Shown one piece after another: positions 57,280-64,000 of a stretch of DNA of 64,000 nt (within the stretch, counting starts at the first letter, position 1; each line of letters starts with the position of its first letter). The DNA lies in contig CAYVZI010000006.1 in the NCBI GenBank assembly GCA_964456475.1, positions 7,074-71,073 on the forward strand. Direction: 5' to 3'. The notes under the pieces are model-generated. The model did not search any database. It saw only the letters and a list, made by a program, of their open reading frames with translations, and was not told the DNA's origin. The position numbers were made by a program, and so were the translations under genes. This DNA is from an uncultured Candidatus Saccharibacteria bacterium (GTDB lineage Bacteria; Patescibacteriota; Minisyncoccia; Phycocordibacterales; UBA9973).

Positions 57280-58581
57280 CTATGCAAGCAGAGCGTCCCC
57301 TATTTTATAAGCTTCTCCTGCTCCCATTGTAACAAATACATCATCAGTACCGAGATTTTGATTTTTGAAAAATGCTTCAGCTTCTTCAAAGCTCGCAAAC
57401 GCCTTTGTTCCAGGCACATTCTTCACCACTGCGTCTGCAAGAATTTCTGACGACACAGTCGGATCTGGTACTTCACGAGCAAAATAAATCGGCAAGAAAT
57501 ATACTGCGTCAGCCTCATTGAATGCAGTGGTAAATTCATCAAACAACGCTTTCGTGCGTGAATACAAATGGGGCTGGAATAAAACGATTATCTTTTTTGT
57601 TCCTTTTGGATAGAGTTCACGGAGTCCTTCCAAACTTGCACGAACCTCGGTGGGATTGTGCGCATAGTCATCGTATACGACCACGCCATTTTTTGTGGTT
57701 CCCTTATTTTCAAGCCGGCGCCAAGTGCCAGAAAATTGTGCGATTGCTTTCTCCGCTTCGTCACTTTCAATGCCAATATATTCCGCTACAGCAAGCGCAC
57801 AAGCGGCATCTTTGCGATTGTGAACTCCAGGCACGAGAAGGTGTGGAACTTTGTCCATGTATTTCGTCCAGTCGATTATTGTAATATTCAAATCCTTAAT
57901 CACGCGTTCTACAGATGGATCGTTTGGATCGCATACGATCGCGCTTCCCGTCTGCATCGCCATCTCGGTAAACGCATGCTCGATATCGGCAAGATCTTTG
58001 TAGTAGTCGAGATGGTCTTCATCAATGTTTGTGATCACCAAAACCTTTGGCTCGATATTAAGAAACGAACGCTCATACTCGCACGCTTCCACAACGAAGT
58101 AGTCACTCTTGCCTACGATAAAATTCGATTTATATTCTTTAATGAGACTGCCAACAATCACCGATGGATCCTTCTTCGCCTCGATCAAAATCTTAGCAAT
58201 CATCGCCGTCGTTGTCGTCTTGCCATGCGTACCCGAAACTGCAATTGTATATTTTCCCGCAGTCACGATATGGAGCATCTCAGGATAGCTCTTTGCAGGA
58301 ATTCCAGATAAGAAAATCTTCTCCATAAGCGCAGGGTCATAATGCTTGATGGCAATCGTATATACAATCAAATCTGCATCAGTCGGGATCAAGTCAAAAT
58401 TCTGCCCAACAGTGATATTTGCACCAAGTTCACTAAGCTCATGAGTAATTTCCCCACTCGACATATCAGAGCCATATATTTCCTTCCCTTCCAAAAGCAT
58501 CATGCGTGCAATCGCCGAAATACCGATACCTCCAATACCGACAAAAAAAACTTTTTTGATTTTTTGTAAATCTAAATCCAT
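57280..58581 (-). CDS. murC: UDP-N-acetylmuramate--L-alanine ligase
   Basis: 433 aa. VFFVGIGGIGISAIA N-terminal Rossmann, GTHGKTTTT P-loop. Confidence 0.9.
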   Translation of the reverse strand: MDLDLQKIKKVFFVGIGGIGISAIARMMLLEGKEIYGSDMSSGEITHELSELGANITVGQNFDLIPTDADLIVYTIAIKHYDPALMEKIFLSGIPAKSYPEMLHIVTAGKYTIAVSGTHGKTTTTAMIAKILIEAKKDPSVIVGSLIKEYKSNFIVGKSDYFVVEACEYERSFLNIEPKVLVITNIDEDHLDYYKDLADIEHAFTEMAMQTGSAIVCDPNDPSVERVIKDLNITIIDWTKYMDKVPHLLVPGVHNRKDAACALAVAEYIGIESDEAEKAIAQFSGTWRRLENKGTTKNGVVVYDDYAHNPTEVRASLEGLRELYPKGTKKIIVLFQPHLYSRTKALFDEFTTAFNEADAVYFLPIYFAREVPDPTVSSEILADAVVKNVPGTKAFASFEEAEAFFKNQNLGTDDVFVTMGAGEAYKIGDALLA

Positions 58582-59144
58582 AATTTTTTAATTAATTCTT
58601 CTTGAACTTTTTTAACATCTTCTTCAGAAGTAATAGTAAAAAATTCATCAAACTGAGCAGAGTCAGGGGGCTGCATTCGATTTCGTTGTTTAATAATTAA
58701 ATCTTTAAAATCTTTAGATAGCCGAAGAACATTCGTTGACCTACTGGATTTTTCGATTCTTTGAATGAGTAATTCTTCTGGAAAATCAAAATACACTCCT
58801 ATAACTCGATAGTTGAACTTTTTACATAATTCAAGCACTAACTCACGGCCCTTAATCCACATATTTGAATTAGAAAGAATAACTGGCTTTCCTAATGATA
58901 GAGCAAACTCAACAAACAGCAGGAAGGCTTGAAATTTTAATGCTATTTTTTCAAAAGTACCAGTATGTTCCTTGTCGTCATTTTCCCGCAATTTAGGAAA
59001 CTGTTCTTTCATGAAAAGTGCGATTGGGTCTGCTTCAAGCACAATAAGGTTTTGAACTTTGCCTTCTATTTCTTTGGCAAAAGTAGTTTTTCCAGAATGG
59101 GTTTTGCCTATTAGCATTATCAAGATTTTCTGTGAATTTTCCAT
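58572..59144 (-). CDS. P-loop NTPase/kinase-like protein (AAA_33/zeta-toxin-like fold) inserted between murD and murC
   Basis: 190 aa. Walker A LIGKTHSGKTTFAKEI. Confidence 0.5.
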   Translation of the reverse strand: MENSQKILIMLIGKTHSGKTTFAKEIEGKVQNLIVLEADPIALFMKEQFPKLRENDDKEHTGTFEKIALKFQAFLLFVEFALSLGKPVILSNSNMWIKGRELVLELCKKFNYRVIGVYFDFPEELLIQRIEKSSRSTNVLRLSKDFKDLIIKQRNRMQPPDSAQFDEFFTITSEEDVKKVQEELIKKLWI

Positions 59145-59145
59145 G

Positions 59146-60447
59146 CTATTTTATCTTCTTCACTAATTTCAAAAACTGATCGTTTCGATCATACTCGTTC
59201 ACAAACAATCCAAAGGATGCAAATGCTGGAGAAAAGAGCACGACATCACCTTTACTTGCCGAAGCAATCGCAGTATCGACTGCATCCTTCAAAGATTCGG
59301 CTCGGTAAAAATCTAGATTTTCAATCTTGTCAGTACCAGTTCCAGGAAGAAGAATAACCGTATGAGCATATGCTACTGCAGTTTTTAGAAGTTCGGCGGT
59401 ATCGAGATTTTTGTCTGCCCCACCCATGATAAGTACAATCTGCTTTTTTGGAAAAGATTTCAATCCGGCAATTGTAGCTTCCGGCGTGGTTGAATTGTTG
59501 TCGTTATAGATCTGTACTCCACGAACAGTTTTTACAAGCTGGAGTCGTCCTTCGACAGCTTTGAAGCTTTCTACTCCTTCTTTGATCTTGGCGAGTGGAA
59601 TCTTGAGTGCCTGCACTGCTTGTATCGCAAGTGCGATATTTGCGCGATTATGTTCTCCAGGAAGGGAGAGCTTCCAAGATTTTGGTACTTCTCCTTGCGA
59701 AATGATTTTTCCTTTAAATGACTTTGGAATTTTCTTAAGAACACTCTCGCCAGCAACGAGCACGTCACCGTTTCTTTGATATTTGAAAATGAATGCCTTG
59801 TCTGCAAAATAATCCTTGAGATTATTTTTGTAGTAATTCATATGATCCGGCATGAAGTTGGTAAACACGGAAACGTTTGGCGAAATTTTTTGTTCACCGA
59901 ATCCCTGGAGTTGCCAACTCGAAAGCTCGAGTACGACATAGTCGCCGGATTTAATTTTTGGCAAAAGTGAAAGTGTTGCCACTCCACGAATATTTCCGCC
60001 GAGATGTACGCGCTTTCCTGCTTTCTTCAGAATATGATAAATGAGTGATGTGACTGTGGTCTTTCCGCGAGTTCCCGTGATTCCAATTACTTTTACATTT
60101 TTTGGAAGAAGAGAAACGAGCAGTTCATCATCCATGCGAATCGGAATGTTATTTTTTCGCGCTTCAGTAATATAGATCGAATCAAGTGGCACACCCTGTG
60201 CCTTGAGCACCATGTCGCAATTTTGAAAATCACTCAAGTCGTGACGACCGAGTACAAATCGAACATTTTTGTATTTTTTAAGCTGTGCCACTGATGAAGC
60301 AAGCGCCTTGGCATCCTTAAGGTCTGTAACGGTCACCTGAGCTCCACAACGCGCCAAAAAAGCCGTATCACCGAGCCCTTTACCGAGAAGGCCAAGTCCG
60401 AGCACGGTCACCTTTTTGCCCTTAAAATAAGCTTTGTAGTCCTGCAT
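59146..60447 (-). CDS. murD: UDP-N-acetylmuramoyl-L-alanine--D-glutamate ligase
   Basis: 433 aa. GITGTRGKTTVTSL P-loop. Mur ligase middle and C-terminal domains. Confidence 0.9.
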   Translation of the reverse strand: MQDYKAYFKGKKVTVLGLGLLGKGLGDTAFLARCGAQVTVTDLKDAKALASSVAQLKKYKNVRFVLGRHDLSDFQNCDMVLKAQGVPLDSIYITEARKNNIPIRMDDELLVSLLPKNVKVIGITGTRGKTTVTSLIYHILKKAGKRVHLGGNIRGVATLSLLPKIKSGDYVVLELSSWQLQGFGEQKISPNVSVFTNFMPDHMNYYKNNLKDYFADKAFIFKYQRNGDVLVAGESVLKKIPKSFKGKIISQGEVPKSWKLSLPGEHNRANIALAIQAVQALKIPLAKIKEGVESFKAVEGRLQLVKTVRGVQIYNDNNSTTPEATIAGLKSFPKKQIVLIMGGADKNLDTAELLKTAVAYAHTVILLPGTGTDKIENLDFYRAESLKDAVDTAIASASKGDVVLFSPAFASFGLFVNEYDRNDQFLKLVKKIK

Positions 60448-60465
60448 AAAAACATCTTACCATAT

Positions 60466-61509
60466 TCACATTTTTTCTATGGTTTTTTTTAATTTATACC
60501 CATTTCCATGACTAAGCATTCCTTTATATGAAGCTAGCGATTCAGGTTTCCGATTTCTCGCCAAATTTTTCAACATTCTCCGTTTCGTTGCAGTTCGTAA
60601 AACTCGATGTTTTGAAAAATGAATCCAACCAAGAAAATCCACGCCTGATGCGAGGGTTTTGATGAATACCTTGTCTGGATGGAGAGAAAGTTTAAGCTTT
60701 GTTTCCAAAAATTCTGCAATTTTCGGTAGCAATTCTTCAATATATTTTTTGTTTTCGCTCAGAATCACAAAATCATCTGCATAACGAATGTAGTATTTGC
60801 ATTTCAGTTCTCGCTTCATGAATTGATCAAATTCATTCATATATACATTTACCAGAAGCTGGCTCGTCAAATTTCCGAGTGGAAGTCCAACACATTGCTT
60901 GCCTTTGGTTGAAAAACTATCAACTACTTGTCCGAATAACCACAAAATATCCGCGTCTTCAATATGTTTTGCTAGAATTTCTTTCAAAGCAGGATGGTCG
61001 ATATTGGCAAAAAATTTCCGTATATCACATTTCAATACCCAGCATGTACGAGTATTATTTTTTGAAACAATCCTGCCAAAATCTCGAAACCGATTGAGAG
61101 CCTTGTGCTGTCCTTTACACTTCCTGCAAGAAAATGAACTAACATCAAATTTGTAATCAAAATAGGGATACAACACTCTATGAATTGCGTGATGCACAAG
61201 TCTGTCTCTCACACTCGCCTTATGAATGTCTCTCGGTTTTGGGTCATTAATGCGAAATGCGGTATATCCTTGATGCACGTACGTTTTATTTTTTAACTCA
61301 CAAGAAAGGGTCATTAAATTATCAGACAGTTGCATCGTAAATTCACCCACATCCTTGCGTTTCTTTTTTCCACACAAAAACTCTCGCCAAGAAACGAGCA
61401 GATTTTCAAAAGATGCTATACTGGCAAAATCATGGCGCAAACTTACTCTCTCTCTCTCTCTCTCTCGAGAATGCAAGTGTAGTCCTGCGAGCCAAGGAAG
61501 CATTCGCAT
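60466..61509 (-). CDS. Diversity-generating retroelement reverse transcriptase. Start uncertain: the ORF is open to 61617; Met at 61509/61503.
   Basis: RT domain 1 YVHQGYTAFRINDPKPRDIHKASVRDRLVHHAI. YADD catalytic box (YYIRYADDFVIL). Motif 4 LGNLTSQ (DGR-type [ILV]GxxxSQ rather than QGxxxSP). No maturase or endonuclease domain. Confidence 0.85.
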   Translation of the reverse strand: MRMLPWLAGLHLHSRERERERVSLRHDFASIASFENLLVSWREFLCGKKKRKDVGEFTMQLSDNLMTLSCELKNKTYVHQGYTAFRINDPKPRDIHKASVRDRLVHHAIHRVLYPYFDYKFDVSSFSCRKCKGQHKALNRFRDFGRIVSKNNTRTCWVLKCDIRKFFANIDHPALKEILAKHIEDADILWLFGQVVDSFSTKGKQCVGLPLGNLTSQLLVNVYMNEFDQFMKRELKCKYYIRYADDFVILSENKKYIEELLPKIAEFLETKLKLSLHPDKVFIKTLASGVDFLGWIHFSKHRVLRTATKRRMLKNLARNRKPESLASYKGMLSHGNGYKLKKTIEKM

Positions 61510-61841
61510 TGTGGACAAACAATGTCGTTCCTCATATGCCTCGTACTTCAAGATACACGACCGGAGCGAGAATCGAAACGCATTTTTTAGATTTGCTCGA
61601 AGCCATATATCAAGCATATTACGCTCCGCTCGAAAGTAAAAGTCCGTTCATTGTGACCGCGATCAACAAAAATGACCTTGTAAAATATTTTCTGCAAATC
61701 GCGTGGGAAAATAAGCTCATTAAAGATAAGCCATATATTGAAATTTCAGAAAAAATCCAAGAAGTAGGTAGAATCCTCGGCGGTTGGAAAAATAAGGTAA
61801 ATGAAAAAATCACTCACTCAAAACAAAGCATGACCCGCTAA
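61413..61841 (+). CDS. avd: DGR accessory variability determinant (Avd), four-helix-bundle protein, divergent from the RT
   Basis: C-terminus EISEKIQEVGRILGGWKNKVNEK parallels Bordetella bAvd (…IAEVGRILGSWIARVNRK). N-terminal helices also similar. Followed by terminator CAAAGCATGACCCGC-TAA-GCGGGTCATGCTTTG (61822-61858). Confidence 0.7.
   Translation: MLYWQNHGANLLSLSLSLENASVVLRAKEAFALWTNNVVPHMPRTSRYTTGARIETHFLDLLEAIYQAYYAPLESKSPFIVTAINKNDLVKYFLQIAWENKLIKDKPYIEISEKIQEVGRILGGWKNKVNEKITHSKQSMTR
61444..61466. repeat. (CT)10-11 dinucleotide microsatellite at the divergent avd/RT 5' overlap
   Basis: ACTCTCTCTCTCTCTCTCTCTCG. Encodes LSLSLSL in the avd frame and RERERER in the RT frame. Confidence 0.9.
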
Positions 61842-61873
61842 CGCGGGTCATGCTTTGAACATATCTTCAGTTT

Positions 61874-61978
61874 CGAAAGAGAGGAACAGATTGCCCTTAT
61901 TCCACGTATTGTCGTCGAGCGAGTTCGCATTGAAGTTCCACTCGTCGTCGTTCCAGTTCAGGTTCACGGCGACCACTC
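61874..61978 (-). other. DGR template repeat (TR)
   Basis: 105 bp. Differs from the variable repeat at 19 positions, all at TR adenines in the sense strand. Rich in AAC codons when read as protein (NLNWNDDEWNFNANSLDDNTWNKGN). Confidence 0.85.
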
Positions 61979-62269
61979 TTGTGCAATACCCCATCTGTAC
62001 CACTGGATGATGAACTGCATCATTCCTGCATATGTATACCGTATATAAAATACGCGAGAGTATCACACCTACTGAATAATATATGTATGAGAATTTGTAT
62101 GTTGCGCTCATGCAAGAATATTCCTACACAATTCTAAACTATACAAATCCTTGATACTCGTTTCTAAGATTTGATTCCGGGAAATCTTGTAGTATCGTGC
62201 TTGAGTATATATAAAAAGAACCTAAGATTCAAAGAATCAAAGGTTCTATAATTTAGCCCAATAACAAAG

Positions 62270-62941
62270 CTACTTTTTAGTAGCGAAAGAGAGGAACAGA
62301 TCGCCCTTACACCACGTAAGGCCGCCGAGCGAGAACGCATAGAAGTACCACTCGCCGCCGCCCCAGCCCAGGCCCACGGCGACCACTCGGCCATCTGGAA
62401 GTTCTACGTGCATGACATACCATTCTTTTTTATTCAGTTTGTACCCACCCAAAAATTGTTCGGCGAGTTCTGGTTGAAAAATCAGAAGATACTTTAGACA
62501 ACAATATGTTTCAAAATCCATATTGCCTGGATTATCTGTAGCAGTCTGAATTTCAGAATCCTTCATGCTTTTTGGCAAACGATATTCGTTCGGCCTGCCA
62601 AGTTCACGAATAGCGATAAATTTTTTCAGATTTGGTATCACGCACAATTCTCTGTAATTATCACCGAAATAAAGTCTTTTGTCCCCAGTTTCGGCTCTAT
62701 GTTTAAATACATCTCCAAACACAAATCCATTTACCAATTGATAGGTGAGCTTACACCCGTTGTTAATCCATTTGATAAACTCAGACAAAAAATTTTCTTT
62801 GTCCGGCATATCAATAGCATCCTGAATTTTTTGACCGTCAATTTCCGAAATTTTCTTGCTCTTTTCGGTGAGCATAGTTACAAAAAGGTTACTAATCATC
62901 ATTAGCAACTGTCCGATTTGACCTAATGTTGTTGGCTTCAC
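62270..62941 (-). CDS. DGR target (variable) protein with C-terminal variable repeat
   Basis: 223 aa. VR 62284-62388 encodes RVVAVGLGWGGGEWYFYAFSLGGLTWCKGDLFLSF. This is the Gly/Tyr/Trp-rich pattern commonly reported for DGR target C-type-lectin-fold VRs. Confidence 0.8.
   Translation of the reverse strand: MKPTTLGQIGQLLMMISNLFVTMLTEKSKKISEIDGQKIQDAIDMPDKENFLSEFIKWINNGCKLTYQLVNGFVFGDVFKHRAETGDKRLYFGDNYRELCVIPNLKKFIAIRELGRPNEYRLPKSMKDSEIQTATDNPGNMDFETYCCLKYLLIFQPELAEQFLGGYKLNKKEWYVMHVELPDGRVVAVGLGWGGGEWYFYAFSLGGLTWCKGDLFLSFATKK
62284..62388 (-). other. DGR variable repeat (VR) at the 3' end of the target gene
   Basis: Matches the template repeat 86/105. Every mismatch is at a TR adenine. A hairpin CTACTAAAAAGTAG (plus 62270-62283) lies directly 3' of it. 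Confidence 0.85.
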
Positions 62942-62995
62942 GTTTTTGCCTCGCTATCGTCGCTCTGTTTAAGCTATTTTACGGGGACTTGTTTT

Positions 62996-63061
62996 ATTGG
63001 TTAGAAAAATCAAAAAATTCGATTCCTGACTCAAAACCTTTGATTTTTCTAACCATTTTTT
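62996..63061. repeat. Perfect 16-bp inverted repeat GGTTAGAAAAATCAAA...TTTGATTTTTCTAACC with a ~26-nt loop
   Basis: Read directly. Lies between the murI 3' end and the DGR target-gene start. Confidence 0.7.
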
Positions 63062-63148
63062 TTAAAGAAATTTATATACATATTATAGCATAGAATAGGT
63101 ATAAAAGTCAAGGTCGAAAAAGACCCCTCACACAAGGGTCTTTTTCGA

Positions 63149-63958
63149 CTATTTTTCAAGGGTCACTTTTTGGATTTTAATCTCCTTTCCAAACCATTTA
63201 TTAGCGAGTTTTTGGAGGACTGGTGTGATATCTGTCACATAAAAAGTTCGTGTTCCCTTCTTTGAAAGTTGTGATGCGATTTCGGGATGACGAATGAGAT
63301 ATTCCTTGGTCTTTTTAGGCACCACTGTATCTTGAGAAAGAATTACTACATCTTTTGGAAGCAATTTTTTGAATTCATTTTTTACAATTCCATAATGAGT
63401 GCAGCCGAGGAGTAATGCATCAATTTTTTTAGCATTGAAATGCTTGAGATAGTCGGAAAGCACTGGGCGCATGTGTGCGATATCACCTGACTCGATAAAA
63501 GGAACGAGGAGTGGAGTGGCGAGCGGAAAAATCTTTGATTTTTCCGCTCGCTTTTTGAATTCTCGTTCATACGCACCCGACGACACAGTAGCGCTCGTTG
63601 CAACTAATCCAACTCGAGCAAATTCAGCACTTGCTTCAGCCATCGGTACAATCATGCCAAGCACATTCCGACCAGGATATTTTTTGGGAATATATTTTTG
63701 TTGAAGCTCGCGCAATGCTTCAGCACTTGCCGTATTACACGCCACAATGACGAGCGCGCAATTTTGTGCAAACAAAAAGTCTACTCCCTCTTTGAGGAAC
63801 TCATAGATAGTCTCATGACTCCGTGATCCGTACGGTAGACGCTTCGTATCACCAAGATAGACATAGTCATACTCCGGCAGCGCTTTCGAAATAGCCGACA
63901 TAGTAAAAAGCCCGCCAAGCCCTGAATCAAACACCCCGATTTTTCCTTGTATTTTCAT
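63149..63958 (-). CDS. murI: Glutamate racemase
   Basis: 269 aa. IGVFDSGLGGL and VACNTAS catalytic Cys motifs. Confidence 0.9.
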   Translation of the reverse strand: MKIQGKIGVFDSGLGGLFTMSAISKALPEYDYVYLGDTKRLPYGSRSHETIYEFLKEGVDFLFAQNCALVIVACNTASAEALRELQQKYIPKKYPGRNVLGMIVPMAEASAEFARVGLVATSATVSSGAYEREFKKRAEKSKIFPLATPLLVPFIESGDIAHMRPVLSDYLKHFNAKKIDALLLGCTHYGIVKNEFKKLLPKDVVILSQDTVVPKKTKEYLIRHPEIASQLSKKGTRTFYVTDITPVLQKLANKWFGKEIKIQKVTLEK

Positions 63959-64000
63959 TCCTAATTCTTAATTCGTAATTCCTAATTTACATCTAGTCCC

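Noticed and set aside
61848-62111. 87-aa ORF on the minus strand (…VVAVNLNWNDDEWNFNANSLDDNTWNKGNLFLSFETEDMFKA)
   Set aside because: This is the DGR template repeat read as protein. The Asn/Asp richness (AAC/GAC codons) is the adenine-rich template signature. TR is an RNA template, not a coding gene.

Overview
This is a low-GC, gene-dense bacterial fragment, mostly minus-strand coding. Reduced housekeeping genes (ThrRS without N-terminal domains, a ~600-aa PheT, 236-aa PheS, 746-aa SMC) point to a reduced, CPR/Patescibacteria-like genome. The conserved backbone is dnaG-rpoC-rpoB, trmD, typA, rpsP, rnc, a nusB-Nudix fusion, rpmF, rnhB, dnaE, thrS, yjjX-like, gyrB, pheT/pheS, a UvrD-nuclease, murC, murD and murI. 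Three accessory features stand out. (1) A complete diversity-generating retroelement (DGR) sits between murC and murI at 60.4-62.9 kb. It has an RT with the DGR-type LGNLTSQ motif, a divergent Avd, a template repeat, and a variable repeat at the C-terminus of the target gene. The two repeats differ by 19 substitutions, all at template adenines. A (CT)10 microsatellite lies in the avd/RT overlap. (2) A ~4 kb island lies directly upstream of rpoB (9.5-13.5 kb). It carries an OLD-family ATPase/Toprim nuclease, an Lnu/ANT(2'')-like nucleotidyltransferase and an orphan gene. The gene boundaries are marked by a ~30-bp direct repeat, and the island is bracketed by copies of a 35-bp hairpin element. 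This is a candidate, possibly novel, defence module. (3) At least three families of short palindromic or MITE-like repeats are scattered through intergenic regions. Two of them are also inserted in-frame inside coding genes (pheT, and a winged-helix protein), analogous to Rickettsia palindromic elements. A RAYT/IS200-like HUH transposase with flanking hairpins overlaps the RNase R start. Telomere-like TTAGGG/G4 tracts lie next to several genes. I found no rRNA, tRNA or CRISPR array.
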